DNA of 64,000 nucleotides from Clostridia bacterium (lineage in GTDB: Bacteria > Bacillota > Clostridia > Christensenellales > UBA1242), in the NCBI GenBank assembly GCA_045639255.1, contig JAZUCT010000011.1, forward strand, positions 14,357 to 78,356. The letters are read 5' to 3'. The notes under the pieces were generated by a model. It was not told the origin of the DNA, made no database searches, and saw only the letters and a program-made list of their open reading frames with translations. The translations under genes and the position numbers were made by a program. The stretch's first letter is position 1; each line of letters starts with the position of its first letter. Of this stretch, positions 9,460 through 19,975 are shown in pieces.

Positions 9460-11748
9460 TTAAAGTTCAAAAATTTTAAGCACAAGCACGGTCATATCGT
9501 CCTTAGGTGCATCGCTGTTGTTTTTTATTGCACGGTTTAAAATTGTTTCGGCAACTTCTTGTGGGTTAAAACTTGCAACATTGTTAACATAGTTTGCAAA
9601 ACTTTCAATGTTTTCAAAACTATCCACAACACCATCACTGCACAACACAAGCATATTTCCACTTGAAAGCGATAGTTTAAATATGCTTGGCTTAATTTCT
9701 TCCAAAATTCCAAGTGGCAGGCTGGAAGCAATAAATTGTTCCACTCTGTCAGCAGTTTTAAGCACTGATGCACTGCTTCCAATTTTAATTAAATCGGCTG
9801 TTGCGGTGGATAAATCCACAACACAAATATCAAGCGCAGAAAATTGTTCTTCTTGACTTAAAGTAAGCAGTTTGTTTGCGCTGGATAAAATAATATCATC
9901 ACTGAAACCTGCTTTATAGAAATTTTCAATTAAACTTATTGAAAGATTGCTTATTTTTTCGGCTTTTTGCCCACTGCCCATTCCATCGCAAAGTGCAAAC
10001 ATAATTTTGTTTCCGCTAAGGCGAATTGCACTGTGAGTATCGCCACTTACTGTTTGCATTGCCTTGCAACAACTTGCACAACCATAACTTATATCAAAGT
10101 TCGGTGCAGGTTTAAGCGATACTAAACTAAGCCCTGAATATTCCGATTGTTCTTTTGTAACAATCATCATTCTTGCGCCGGTAACTTTGCTTACAACTTT
10201 TGCAATATCTTTGTTAACATCACAATTTCTAACAAGCACCGAAACTGAATAATCGTTTGCATTTTGTTCATAAATAATAACTTGGTTTGCAATAATGTTG
10301 TTTGCACTTAATTCTTGCATAACCCGTTCTTCCTTAAAATAATCAAAGGTAACATTTCGTTTGGTTTCTTCCGCCAAAGTTAACAGAAGTTTTGAAACAC
10401 CATTAAGTTGGTCGGCAATTAACACCCTTGAACCGTCCATATTTGTTATCATGCTGGCATATTGCTTATAGTTTTCCAACAAATTGTTAAGTTTTGTAAG
10501 AAGTGGATTAACCTTTCCGCACCTTGTTGTAAGGCTGGCAGGAACATCAACAATTGTTGTTTTGCCCTTATCAAAGCCCACTTGTGTTAAGCCTTTTAAA
10601 ATTGCATTTGTTTCCCGTTCCAAAGTTCTGTGGCAACGGGCATGTTCGGGGCAAGAAGTGCAAACTTTTTCTTTAAGTTCGTTAATTATCATTTGTTCCA
10701 CTTCTTCTTTGGGAAGCCCACCTTTAACCATGTTTCTGAAAACACAATTCATTTCTTGAAACACTGCGCTTAGTTCCGTCATGCGTTTTGTAAGGCCTTC
10801 GCGTGAACGGTTAACAATGTTTCTTAGCATTGTGTTTTCTTTTGCTTCGCCAAACAGGTTATAAACTTCACTGCACCATTTAAGTGGCAACACCAAAAAC
10901 ACAAGGCAAGCAAGCACGGTTGGTGCAATTGTTAAAAGTGTTTGTGTTTGATACACTTTAAAATAAAAACATAACACAATTTCGGTAAGAATTAATGCAA
11001 GCACAGAATAAATTTTCTTTTCGCCTTTAAAGGCAACAATGGTTAATGCAAACAATGAAAACACACTTACATAAGTTAAGTTATTAAAATAAAGGCTTGC
11101 ACCAATTCCCAAACATAACCCACACAAAATGCCAATTAAGTTTGAAAAACTGAATGTAACAAACAGCACCAAAAGTGTGCCAACAAACATAAGCATAAAG
11201 TTGTTATAAAAATTAAAACTTGCAAGCCCTATGCCCATAACCACAATTAAAATGCCCGCACAAATGCTTTCATCAAGCGTAAGTTTTGTGTTAATTCCCC
11301 TTTCAAACAAACTTGAAAGCACATTAACACTGCTAAGCAAAAATGCAACACCAATAAGCACTGAAACACATTCAAGCAATAAGTTTAAATTGTTTGCATA
11401 TGCAAAATAAACAAGCGGAACTGCTGAAAGCACACAAAACACACAATAAACAATAACATTTTTTGCACTGCCCTTTTTTATGTAAATTAACTGCACCAAA
11501 CTGCCCAGCAACACAACCGAAGTTAAATGTGCAAGATTTTCAATGTTTATTCCGTTTGGCAACATTGCCATCACAAACATCAAACTTAAAGGCAATGTTT
11601 TTGCACCACAAAACAACAAAGCAAAATAAAGTGCATAACTAAATGGCGAAGTTATTTGTCCAATATGTGCCTGCTTTAACAAAAAGAAACATAGCCCCGC
11701 CAAACAATAACAAATTATTTGTTTATAGTTTTTCTTTAAACTTTGCAT
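9460..11748 (-). CDS. spoIIE: Stage II sporulation protein E (SpoIIE), polytopic membrane PP2C phosphatase
   Basis: About 10 N-terminal TM helices followed by a C-terminal PP2C domain (SGDTHSAI...FALCDGMGSGQKA...CSDGV...DDMTVLVL). Start set at ATG 11748, preceded by GGAAGG. The ORF stays open up to 11811. Confidence 0.8.
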   Translation of the reverse strand: MQSLKKNYKQIICYCLAGLCFFLLKQAHIGQITSPFSYALYFALLFCGAKTLPLSLMFVMAMLPNGINIENLAHLTSVVLLGSLVQLIYIKKGSAKNVIVYCVFCVLSAVPLVYFAYANNLNLLLECVSVLIGVAFLLSSVNVLSSLFERGINTKLTLDESICAGILIVVMGIGLASFNFYNNFMLMFVGTLLVLFVTFSFSNLIGILCGLCLGIGASLYFNNLTYVSVFSLFALTIVAFKGEKKIYSVLALILTEIVLCFYFKVYQTQTLLTIAPTVLACLVFLVLPLKWCSEVYNLFGEAKENTMLRNIVNRSREGLTKRMTELSAVFQEMNCVFRNMVKGGLPKEEVEQMIINELKEKVCTSCPEHARCHRTLERETNAILKGLTQVGFDKGKTTIVDVPASLTTRCGKVNPLLTKLNNLLENYKQYASMITNMDGSRVLIADQLNGVSKLLLTLAEETKRNVTFDYFKEERVMQELSANNIIANQVIIYEQNANDYSVSVLVRNCDVNKDIAKVVSKVTGARMMIVTKEQSEYSGLSLVSLKPAPNFDISYGCASCCKAMQTVSGDTHSAIRLSGNKIMFALCDGMGSGQKAEKISNLSISLIENFYKAGFSDDIILSSANKLLTLSQEEQFSALDICVVDLSTATADLIKIGSSASVLKTADRVEQFIASSLPLGILEEIKPSIFKLSLSSGNMLVLCSDGVVDSFENIESFANYVNNVASFNPQEVAETILNRAIKNNSDAPKDDMTVLVLKIFEL

Positions 11749-11847
11749 ATAAAAAAACCTTCCTATGTTCATTTTAGAACAAGAAGGTTTGTTATGTTTT
11801 TGCAATTTCAATAATATTTTAGCAAAAAAGAGTGATTAAGTTATTAT

Positions 11848-12231
11848 TTAACATAAAATTGTTGAAAGCCATATTCCATGCAGGTTGCAACTTGCTTGCA
11901 CTTCCACTTTGCCTTTCCATTCGCCATAAAATTCAACACAAGGTTTATCTTTTGCAGAAAGCACAACACCTTGTGTGCGTGTTCCACACTTAACATAAAT
12001 CCAATCGATATAGTGCTGTTCTGATTGAATGTGCTCCACAACCCCCACTTGAACAGTAAGTTTATTTCCTTCAACTTTAACAACTGGAACGTGTTTTTCC
12101 ACACTTGCTTCCATCGAGTTTGGCATAAGTTCTTTAAGTTTTGTTCCGCAACAAGTAAGTTCTTTGTTATCTTCACCGAACTGGTGAACAACAAGCCCAC
12201 AATGTTCACATTTTAAAAATTTTGAGTTCAT
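11848..12231 (-). CDS. dfx: Desulfoferrodoxin (2Fe superoxide reductase)
   Basis: 127 aa. N-terminal desulforedoxin-type CxxC...CC (CEHCG...CCG) followed by EKHVPV, HYIDWI and CNLHGIW centre II ligand motifs. Confidence 0.8.
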   Translation of the reverse strand: MNSKFLKCEHCGLVVHQFGEDNKELTCCGTKLKELMPNSMEASVEKHVPVVKVEGNKLTVQVGVVEHIQSEQHYIDWIYVKCGTRTQGVVLSAKDKPCVEFYGEWKGKVEVQASCNLHGIWLSTILC

Positions 12232-12397
12232 AATTATCCCCTTAATAATGTATATTTATTATACCAAATTTTTATGAAAAAATCAAATTTTCTTACTTTT
12301 ACAAACTTATTTTTTAACAAATTTTCTAAGAAATTATTTATTAAAAAAATCGCCATTTTTTTGGCGATTTTAGTTGACTTTTTTTTATTTGTTTTTA

Positions 12398-13888
12398 TTA
12401 ACTGAAAATATCTGTTAAATCACTGTTATCTTCAAGCGGAGTTATTGGTGGCAGATTTTCAAACGGAATATCATCATCAATAATTCCATCACTTGATTTG
12501 TTCGGTTTAACTTGCGGCGCTGAATTTTCAAGCGATTGCAAGTTCATATCACTTTCCAAATTTTCAAAACTTGTAGTTGCGCCATTCCACCTTAACCTAA
12601 CAGTGCCTTGCGGACCATTTCTATGTTTTGCAACAATAAGTTCAGCAACATCACGGTCGGCTTGACCTTCGGTATCTTTATATTGGTCAGGGCGATAAAT
12701 AAACATAACAATATCGGCATCTTGTTCAATTGAACCCGACGACCTTAAATCGCTAAGCACGGGTCTGTGGCCACCATCGGCATCTTTTCTGCTTTCAACC
12801 CCACGCGATAATTGGCTTAGTGCAATAACTGGAACATTAAGTTCTTTTGCAATAATTTTAAGGTTCTTAGAAATATCTTGAACTTCGGCTTGTTCATTGC
12901 CTTCCAATGCTTTTTTGCCTGATTTCATAAGTTGCAAATAGTCAATCATAACAAGGTCAAGCCCACCTTCTTTAAGGGCAAGTCGCCTGCACTTTGAAAG
13001 AATATCCATTGGAGTGTTGGTTGATTTATCGTCAACATAAAGTTTAGCATTGCTAAGTTTTGCGTTTGCACCCCAAAGCAATTTCCATTCGTCTGTTGTA
13101 AGTTCGCCTTTAAGTGCTTTTTCCATGCTTACGCCAGAAACTGAACACAAACTTCTTTGCGCAAGTTGAACCTTAGGCATTTCCAAACTGAACACTGCAA
13201 CTTTTGCACCATTAAGGGCAGCATGATTTAAAATGTTCATGCTTAAACTTGTTTTTCCGGCACCTGGACGGGCAGCAACAATAATAAGGTCGCTTCGTTG
13301 CAAACCATTTGTTATCCTATCAAGCCCAGCAAAGCCAGTGGATAATCCCCTTAAAGAGTTTCTGTCCCTTGCAATTGTATCGAATTTTTTAATAACTTCT
13401 TTTAAACTTTCTGTAAGCAAAGTTAAATCGCTTGCACTTTCTTCTTTTGAAATATCAAATATGCTTTTTTCAGCAAATTGCAAGGCTTCTTGCTTGCTTG
13501 CATTGTTATAAGAAAGGTCAATAATTTCACTGCTTGCTTTAATTAATTTCCTTAACACACATGCATCTTTAACAATGTTAAGATAAGTGTTAAAGTTAAC
13601 AGCACTTGGAACAATGTAAGTAAGGCTTGTTATATAATCAATTCCGCCCACTTCACCAAGTTTTCCGGATTTTTCAAGGCTGTCCACAAGTGTTACAAAA
13701 TCAATTGGTTTCCTTGTGTTATAAAGTTCTTGCATATGCGAAAAAACAATTTGATGCGCTTGTGAATAGAAATGCTCGTCTGTTAGCACAGGAACAATAT
13801 CCATTGAAATTGTGTTATCAATAAGAACACAACAAAGCAGTGCTTGTTCTGCTTCAATGCTGTGTGGCATGGTTTTTGCAATTGCCAT
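12398..13888 (-). CDS. dnaB: Replicative DNA helicase DnaB with an acidic C-terminal extension
   Basis: PHSIEAEQALLCCVL N-terminus, Walker A ARPGAGKTS, and the IDYLQLM, SQLSR and IEQDADIV motifs. Confidence 0.9.
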   Translation of the reverse strand: MAIAKTMPHSIEAEQALLCCVLIDNTISMDIVPVLTDEHFYSQAHQIVFSHMQELYNTRKPIDFVTLVDSLEKSGKLGEVGGIDYITSLTYIVPSAVNFNTYLNIVKDACVLRKLIKASSEIIDLSYNNASKQEALQFAEKSIFDISKEESASDLTLLTESLKEVIKKFDTIARDRNSLRGLSTGFAGLDRITNGLQRSDLIIVAARPGAGKTSLSMNILNHAALNGAKVAVFSLEMPKVQLAQRSLCSVSGVSMEKALKGELTTDEWKLLWGANAKLSNAKLYVDDKSTNTPMDILSKCRRLALKEGGLDLVMIDYLQLMKSGKKALEGNEQAEVQDISKNLKIIAKELNVPVIALSQLSRGVESRKDADGGHRPVLSDLRSSGSIEQDADIVMFIYRPDQYKDTEGQADRDVAELIVAKHRNGPQGTVRLRWNGATTSFENLESDMNLQSLENSAPQVKPNKSSDGIIDDDIPFENLPPITPLEDNSDLTDIFS

Positions 13889-14163
13889 TATTTATTATTC
13901 TCCTTTTGTTTCTTTCGTTCAATTTTTGCTTGTTCGGCTTCAATTTCTGCTTTAAGCATTTGTTTGTTTCTTATGCTAACATAAATTGCTTCGCCAATGA
14001 AACCACATGCAATAAAAATCAGAATTGAAATAATTGTTAAAAGCCATTCTTTTAAAATTCCTGAACAGAAATAATATAAAAACAGGTTTGGAATAATTCC
14101 AATTAACATAAATTTAAAAATTCTTATATAACTGCGTTTTAATTCTTTTTTGTTAACCGCCAT
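13888..14163 (-). CDS. Small two-TM membrane protein, unknown function
   Basis: Start at ATG 14163, preceded by AAAGGTGA. Its stop overlaps the dnaB ATG (TAATG). Hydrophobic core followed by a Lys/Glu-rich tail. Confidence 0.5.
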   Translation of the reverse strand: MAVNKKELKRSYIRIFKFMLIGIIPNLFLYYFCSGILKEWLLTIISILIFIACGFIGEAIYVSIRNKQMLKAEIEAEQAKIERKKQKENNK

Positions 14164-14225
14164 AATTTCACCTTTCGTTTTTGATTTTAACATTAATTAA
14201 CTTTAATGTCAATTAAGGCATAACA

Positions 14226-14252
14226 AGAAAAAAGTGGAATTTTTATTCCACT
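14226..14252 (-). terminator. Rho-independent terminator after the PPIase-like gene
   Basis: AGTGGAAT-TTTT-ATTCCACT hairpin (14233-14252), followed by a T-run on the minus strand. Confidence 0.6.
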
Positions 14253-15908
14253 TTATTTCATTAATGCTTTATAAACATTTTTGTTATATTTAATTGTTAA
14301 ACCTTCTTTAAGTGAATCAATAAGGTTTGTTTGATAACTTGAATATCTGGTTGAACTTAATGAAGAATAAAGTTCATCATAAAGTTTATCAAACAAAGTT
14401 TTATCTTCACCCGCTTGAAGTTTAACACTTGCAAGTTTATCAATTGTGATATTTTCAAGGTTTGAATATGAAATAACATTTTCAACATTTCCAACAAACA
14501 TAATTATATGTGCGCCATATTCAGTGTAAGCAATGTTTGTGTTTTCATCAACAATTTGAAGTGCATCAAGTTTGAAAAGATTTCTGCAAGTTATGTTAAA
14601 TTCTTCAACCATTGCACTGTGATTGTTTCCAACAACATAGTTATAGTCAGTGTTCATAATGCCAGGGTCTGAATTATATTTATAAATTAATTTGTTAAAT
14701 GCTTCTGCTTTATTTTCAGCACCATTAACTGCGTTTTTAACTTCGTTAAAGATTGCGCTTACATTTTTTGAATTTCCATAAAGATTGCCTTCGCTATCTC
14801 TTGCTTGTGTTGCAAGTTGAGTTTTAATCCAAGCCATGTTGCTATCATAATCTGCTTGCGAAATTCTGCCAGAATTTAAATCTGATTTCCATTTTTCAAT
14901 TTGTGCTGTTTGTTCTTCGGTATATTGAACCAAAATGTGTGTTACATATTTAAATTCATTATCTGGGTGATAATAAACTTTGCTTGAATCATCTGTCATG
15001 TCGCTATAATAATTTTCAATGGTTAAGTTATATTTATCATAGCTTGCTTTAACAAGTGATTTATAATAATCAATCACTTCTTGTTTGGTTATAAGGTTTT
15101 GTTTATAATATTCAGTTTGAAGTTTTTGAACATATAAGTTGCCTTCTTGAACATCATAAATTCTTTTAAGTTCCCTTGTTAACACATCTTTATCGGCAGT
15201 TGAAAGGCGTCTGCCTTCTTCATTTGCTTTAAGGTTTGAAATATATCTTGTTAATGCAAGGTCAGAAATTTCTTGGGTTGAAATTTTTCTGTATTTCATA
15301 AAACTGCCATATAAATCTTCGGTGTTGCCAATAAGTTCGGCATTTGGGTTGCCTGTGTAGCCATTATCCTTTGCTTCTTCGTTAAGAACAATTTCGCCAT
15401 TAACAACAAATGCTTTTGGGGTGTAAGTTTCTTTTTTTGTTTTTTCGGCAGTTTCTTCTTCCTCACTGTCTGCTGGTGTTGAAATGCCTTTTTCTTCCCT
15501 TATTTCTTTTTCATATTGTGCAAGCACATTGTTAACATAATTGTAAGTGTTTTGCCAAACAATGTTTCGTTCAGCGTTTGTTATTGAACTTTCATAAAGT
15601 GATTTTGATTCTGCAATTGCCAAACGGCGTTGAATTTCATATTCCAAAGTTTCTTTAATTGCTTCTTCACGGCTTAAACCATCGTTAGTTTCATATTCAT
15701 AGCCATAACTGTTAAATGCAATAATTAAATCTTCCAAAGAAAGTTTCAAACTGTTTTCGCCTGAAACGGTTGCAACGGTTTGCCCCAAATATTTACCCAT
15801 GTTTTTTTCAAATGCTGTTAAATCAGAAAGTTCGCAACCACAAAAAGTTACAGGAACAACTGAAAGCAATGCAAAAACAAATAATTTTTTAAAATTTAGC
15901 TTTTTCAA
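14253..15908 (-). CDS. Parvulin-type peptidyl-prolyl isomerase-like lipoprotein (PrsA/SurA-like)
   Basis: Lipobox VTFCGC. Parvulin signatures THILVQY, YNSDPG, MVEEF and YGAHIIMFVG. Start placed at TTG 15908, 6 nt after GGAGG. Position downstream of mfd matches Clostridia. Confidence 0.7.
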   Translation of the reverse strand: MKKLNFKKLFVFALLSVVPVTFCGCELSDLTAFEKNMGKYLGQTVATVSGENSLKLSLEDLIIAFNSYGYEYETNDGLSREEAIKETLEYEIQRRLAIAESKSLYESSITNAERNIVWQNTYNYVNNVLAQYEKEIREEKGISTPADSEEEETAEKTKKETYTPKAFVVNGEIVLNEEAKDNGYTGNPNAELIGNTEDLYGSFMKYRKISTQEISDLALTRYISNLKANEEGRRLSTADKDVLTRELKRIYDVQEGNLYVQKLQTEYYKQNLITKQEVIDYYKSLVKASYDKYNLTIENYYSDMTDDSSKVYYHPDNEFKYVTHILVQYTEEQTAQIEKWKSDLNSGRISQADYDSNMAWIKTQLATQARDSEGNLYGNSKNVSAIFNEVKNAVNGAENKAEAFNKLIYKYNSDPGIMNTDYNYVVGNNHSAMVEEFNITCRNLFKLDALQIVDENTNIAYTEYGAHIIMFVGNVENVISYSNLENITIDKLASVKLQAGEDKTLFDKLYDELYSSLSSTRYSSYQTNLIDSLKEGLTIKYNKNVYKALMK

Positions 15909-15988
15909 AGTATGCCTCCAAAGTAATTTAATAAAATAACTAAATAAGTATAACAAAACTTATAAGATTTTGCAAATATTTTTTATTG

Positions 15989-18900
15989 TTATTTTTCGGT
16001 TGCCAAAGTTAAAATTTCAATAAGAGTTTTGGCTTGTTTTAAAGTGCTAACACCTTTTAAGTGCATATTAATTATTGGCATTTTTGAATAATTAATAACA
16101 CATTTTTCGCCCAATGTTTTAAAGGCTTTTTCCACCTTAGATGTTATTTCACTTGTTTCATAGAACATAACATAGCATTCATCGGGTTTAAGTTTAACCC
16201 TGCTTATGCCAAGTTGTTGCGATAAATTTTTTATTAAAGCAATATATCCCAAATTTTTAATTTGTTCTGGGCTTGTGCCATAGGCATTATCAATTTGATT
16301 AATTGCATTTTCAAGTTCTTGAACCGAACCAACTTCTGCAAGAAGTGAATAAATTTTAATGCGGTCGTTATTATTTTCACAATAACTGTTTGGCACGGTG
16401 GCATCAAGTGAAACATCAAGTTTAACATCTTTAAATTGTTTAACTTTTTGCCCATTAATTTCTTTAATTGCCATGTTAAGCAATTTGCAATACATATCGT
16501 AACCAACCTTTTCCATATGCCCGTGCTGTTCGCCACCAAGCACATTGCCTGCGCCCCTTAATTCCAAATCACGCATTGCTATTTTGAAACCACTGCCCAA
16601 TGCAACAAATTCTTGTAAGGCTTGCAAGCGCTTATATGCTGTTTCGGTTAAGTTTTTATCGGCTTGATAGGTAAAATATGCATAACCCAGCCTTGAACTT
16701 CTGCCCACTCGGCCTTTTAACTGATAAAGTTGGCTTAACCCCAATTTATCTGCGTTGCAAACAATAAGCGTGTTTGCGTTAGGTAAGTCAACCCCATTTT
16801 CAATTAAGGTTGTTGCAACCAATATTTTTGTTTCACCACTGAAAACTTTTAAAATTTCGTTTTCAAGCATTCTTTCACTCATTTGGCCGTGTGCAACACC
16901 CACATTAACATCTGGGAACATTTGCCTTATTTTGTGTGCAAATTCCAAAATGCTTTCAACTCGGTTATAAACAATAAGAATTTGCCCGTTGCGGTTAAGT
17001 TCTTTTGTTATTGCATCGGTTATAAGTGCATCGGAATATTCTGTTACATATGTTTGCACTGGCAACCTTTCGTTTGGTGGGGTTTCAATAACTGAAATAT
17101 CCCTTATTCCCACCATGCTCATGTGCAAGGTGCGTGGAATTGGTGTTGCTGAAAGCGTAAGCACATTAACATTGGTTTTTAATTGCTTAATTTTTTCCTT
17201 ATCTTTAACACCAAAGCGTTGTTCTTCATCTAGCACAAGCAAACCCAAATCTTTAAAGTTAACATCTTGGCTAAGCATTCGGTGTGTGCCACAAATAACA
17301 TCAATTTTGCCAAGCATTAAGTCAGATATAACTTTTTCTTGCTGTGCTTTTGTTTGAAATCGGTTAAGTTTTGCAATGTTGATTGCAAAAGGCGAAAATC
17401 GTTCTTGCATGGTTTTAAAATGTTGCTCGCACAGAATGGTGGTTGGAACAAGCATTGCAACTTGTTTTCCAGCCAAAATTGTTTTATAAGCAGCACGCAA
17501 TGCAACTTCTGTTTTCCCATAGCCAACATCACCGCAAACAAGCCTGTCCATAACCTTTCCCGCCTGCATATCTTCTTTTATATCTGCAACCGCTTTAAGT
17601 TGATCTTGCGTTTCAGAATGTGCAAAACTTTGTTCAAACTCTTGCATTTCAATGTTATCTTCTGGATAAACAAAGCCTTTTAAACTTTTTCGTTGGTTAT
17701 AAAGTTTAACAAGTTCAATTGCAATTTTTGAAACATTTTCTTTAACCCTTTCTTTTGCCTTTTCAAATTCTTTTCCGCCAAGTTTGTTAAGTTTTGGCTG
17801 TTTTTCATTGCCAAGGTAAAGGCTTAGGCTTTCAATGTTTTCGGTTGGTAAATAAAGCACATCACTGCCTTTAAATTTAATAACCAAATAATCTTTTTCA
17901 TAGCCATTTAAGGTTAAAGTTTTAATGCCATCGCAAAGCCCAATGCCGTGCACATCGTGAACAACATATTCGCCCACTTGTGGCATTTGAAAGGTTTTCT
18001 TTTTGTTTTTTGAAACAAGCACACCTTTTTTCTTTCTGTTGGTTAAATCGCTGGAAGAAATTAACACAATTTCGTTGCTAAGCAGTGCAACAGAATATGT
18101 TAATGGAAGTGGAACAATGTTAATTGCATTTTCAGTTATTTGTTCAAGGCTTTCGCTTTTAACAACGCTTATGCCGTTTCTTGCAAGATTTGTTGCAAGG
18201 CGTTCCATAAATTCGTTATCCAATGCAAACAAAACAACTGTGAACTTATCTTCACTAAACCAATTAAGGTCTTTAATAAGTTGATTGAAATTATAGTTAT
18301 AATTAATAATCGGCATTGTGTTAACATTAATAACTTGTTGCGAAGAAAAAATTTGATTGTTTGAATTTATGTTTTGAAAACTTATTTGTGGAAGTTTGCA
18401 ATTAAAAATTTCGCTTTCAGTTAAATAAAAATTCTTGTGTGAAAAATTCAGTTCACCTGCACTTTCCAACATTTTAAAACTGGCTTCACTTTCTTTTGTA
18501 AGGTTTGAAATTGTATCCTTAATTTTTTTAGGTTCATCATAAACCACGCAAAAATTTGAATTTAAAAAATCGAAAATGCAGTTATTAAAATCTTCAACAT
18601 AAGAAAGCAAATAAACAAAATCAAAATTTCCACTTTCAGCATTTACCATAATTTGTTCAAAAATTTCGGCTTGCTTTTGTTTTGCTTCATAACTTAAATT
18701 TGGGTTTTGTTCACTTTTTAACTTGCTTAAAACATTATCGGTGTTGCCAAGCATAAGTGTGTTTGGAATAATTGAAATTTGGTTAATATTTTCAATTTTT
18801 GCAAAACTTTCTGTTTCAAAAAAGTGCAAACTTTCAATTTCATCATCGAAAAAACTTATTCTTACAGGGTTTTCATTTCCTACAATAAACACATCGCAAA

Positions 18901-19405
18901 CATCACCACGCAAACTGAATTGCCCATTGTGTGAACATACTTCTGCTTTTTTATAGCCCATTTTTAAAAGGCTTGAAACAAGTTCTTGCCTGTTTTGTGT
19001 TGAATTTACGCTTAATTTAAGAATATTTTTAGTAAAATTAGCGAATGATGGCAATTTTTGTGTTAAAAAGTCGGGTGTTATTATGTTAATTTTGTGTGTT
19101 TGCAACTTATAAAGAAAGGTGCAAATATCACTTACAAGAGTGTTAAGTGAATAGTTTGAAAATCCAATATTTGTTATTCTGTTGGTTATTATGTTAACTG
19201 ATTGGCCTAAATAAGAAAATTGCTCGTAAAGTTTTGTTGCGGTTATAACATCGTTTGCAACATAAAGCACTTGTTTGTTTAAGCACGCAGTAAGAAAACT
19301 TTTTTCACCATATCCACAACCAAAAACAGTTGTGTTTAAATTATTTTCACAACCATTTATTATTTTTCTTTCATTTAAGTTTAACAGTTTTTTTAATTTT
19401 TCCAT
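15989..19405 (-). CDS. mfd: Transcription-repair coupling factor Mfd
   Basis: 1138 aa. CGDVGYGKTEVA Walker A, DEEQRFGV, and the TRG-type C-terminal helicase motifs (GRVGRS). Confidence 0.95.
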   Translation of the reverse strand: MEKLKKLLNLNERKIINGCENNLNTTVFGCGYGEKSFLTACLNKQVLYVANDVITATKLYEQFSYLGQSVNIITNRITNIGFSNYSLNTLVSDICTFLYKLQTHKINIITPDFLTQKLPSFANFTKNILKLSVNSTQNRQELVSSLLKMGYKKAEVCSHNGQFSLRGDVCDVFIVGNENPVRISFFDDEIESLHFFETESFAKIENINQISIIPNTLMLGNTDNVLSKLKSEQNPNLSYEAKQKQAEIFEQIMVNAESGNFDFVYLLSYVEDFNNCIFDFLNSNFCVVYDEPKKIKDTISNLTKESEASFKMLESAGELNFSHKNFYLTESEIFNCKLPQISFQNINSNNQIFSSQQVINVNTMPIINYNYNFNQLIKDLNWFSEDKFTVVLFALDNEFMERLATNLARNGISVVKSESLEQITENAINIVPLPLTYSVALLSNEIVLISSSDLTNRKKKGVLVSKNKKKTFQMPQVGEYVVHDVHGIGLCDGIKTLTLNGYEKDYLVIKFKGSDVLYLPTENIESLSLYLGNEKQPKLNKLGGKEFEKAKERVKENVSKIAIELVKLYNQRKSLKGFVYPEDNIEMQEFEQSFAHSETQDQLKAVADIKEDMQAGKVMDRLVCGDVGYGKTEVALRAAYKTILAGKQVAMLVPTTILCEQHFKTMQERFSPFAINIAKLNRFQTKAQQEKVISDLMLGKIDVICGTHRMLSQDVNFKDLGLLVLDEEQRFGVKDKEKIKQLKTNVNVLTLSATPIPRTLHMSMVGIRDISVIETPPNERLPVQTYVTEYSDALITDAITKELNRNGQILIVYNRVESILEFAHKIRQMFPDVNVGVAHGQMSERMLENEILKVFSGETKILVATTLIENGVDLPNANTLIVCNADKLGLSQLYQLKGRVGRSSRLGYAYFTYQADKNLTETAYKRLQALQEFVALGSGFKIAMRDLELRGAGNVLGGEQHGHMEKVGYDMYCKLLNMAIKEINGQKVKQFKDVKLDVSLDATVPNSYCENNNDRIKIYSLLAEVGSVQELENAINQIDNAYGTSPEQIKNLGYIALIKNLSQQLGISRVKLKPDECYVMFYETSEITSKVEKAFKTLGEKCVINYSKMPIINMHLKGVSTLKQAKTLIEILTLATEK

Positions 19406-19408
19406 AAC

Positions 19409-19963
19409 TTATTTATTAACATTTTGAATGTTGCCGTTATTTATAACATAACTTTTAATAATTTCAACTGCCCGCTCAATTGCTGGCAAAATTTGTTCTT
19501 TTGAATTGTTATCAATTTTTGAAAGCACATAGTCGGCAAGCATTTCTTTTCGTTCAGGTTTTCCTGCACCAATTCTTATGCGTGCAATATTGTTTGTGCC
19601 AAGGCAGGCAATAATATTTTTCATTCCGTTATGAGTTCCGCCACTGCCATCTTTTTTAAATCTTAAACTTCCTTTTTCAAGGTCGATATCATCATACACA
19701 ACAACAATATTTTCTGTTGGCAATTTAAACATTCTTTTAAATTCACTTACACTTTGCCCACTTAAATTCATGTAGGTAAGCGGTTTTGCAATTATAACTT
19801 TTTCGCCAGCAATAATTGTTTCGGCAATTTTTGCTTTGCATTTTGTTTTTGAAAAAGTTGCACCAACGCTTTCGGCAAACATATCTGCCACCATAAAACC
19901 AAGGTTATGATAAGTGTTTAAATATTGTGGCTCATAATTTCCCAACCCAACAACAAGATACAT
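19409..19963 (-). CDS. pth: Peptidyl-tRNA hydrolase
   Basis: 184 aa. LVVGLGNYEPQYLNTYHNLGF and GGTHNGMKNI motifs. Confidence 0.9.
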   Translation of the reverse strand: MYLVVGLGNYEPQYLNTYHNLGFMVADMFAESVGATFSKTKCKAKIAETIIAGEKVIIAKPLTYMNLSGQSVSEFKRMFKLPTENIVVVYDDIDLEKGSLRFKKDGSGGTHNGMKNIIACLGTNNIARIRIGAGKPERKEMLADYVLSKIDNNSKEQILPAIERAVEIIKSYVINNGNIQNVNK

Positions 19964-19975
19964 AGTTTTATCCTT

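Noticed and set aside
11844-12209. 121-aa alternative-frame ORF overlapping dfx
   Set aside because: It overlaps the frame carrying all the desulfoferrodoxin metal-ligand motifs, and its translation has no recognisable features.
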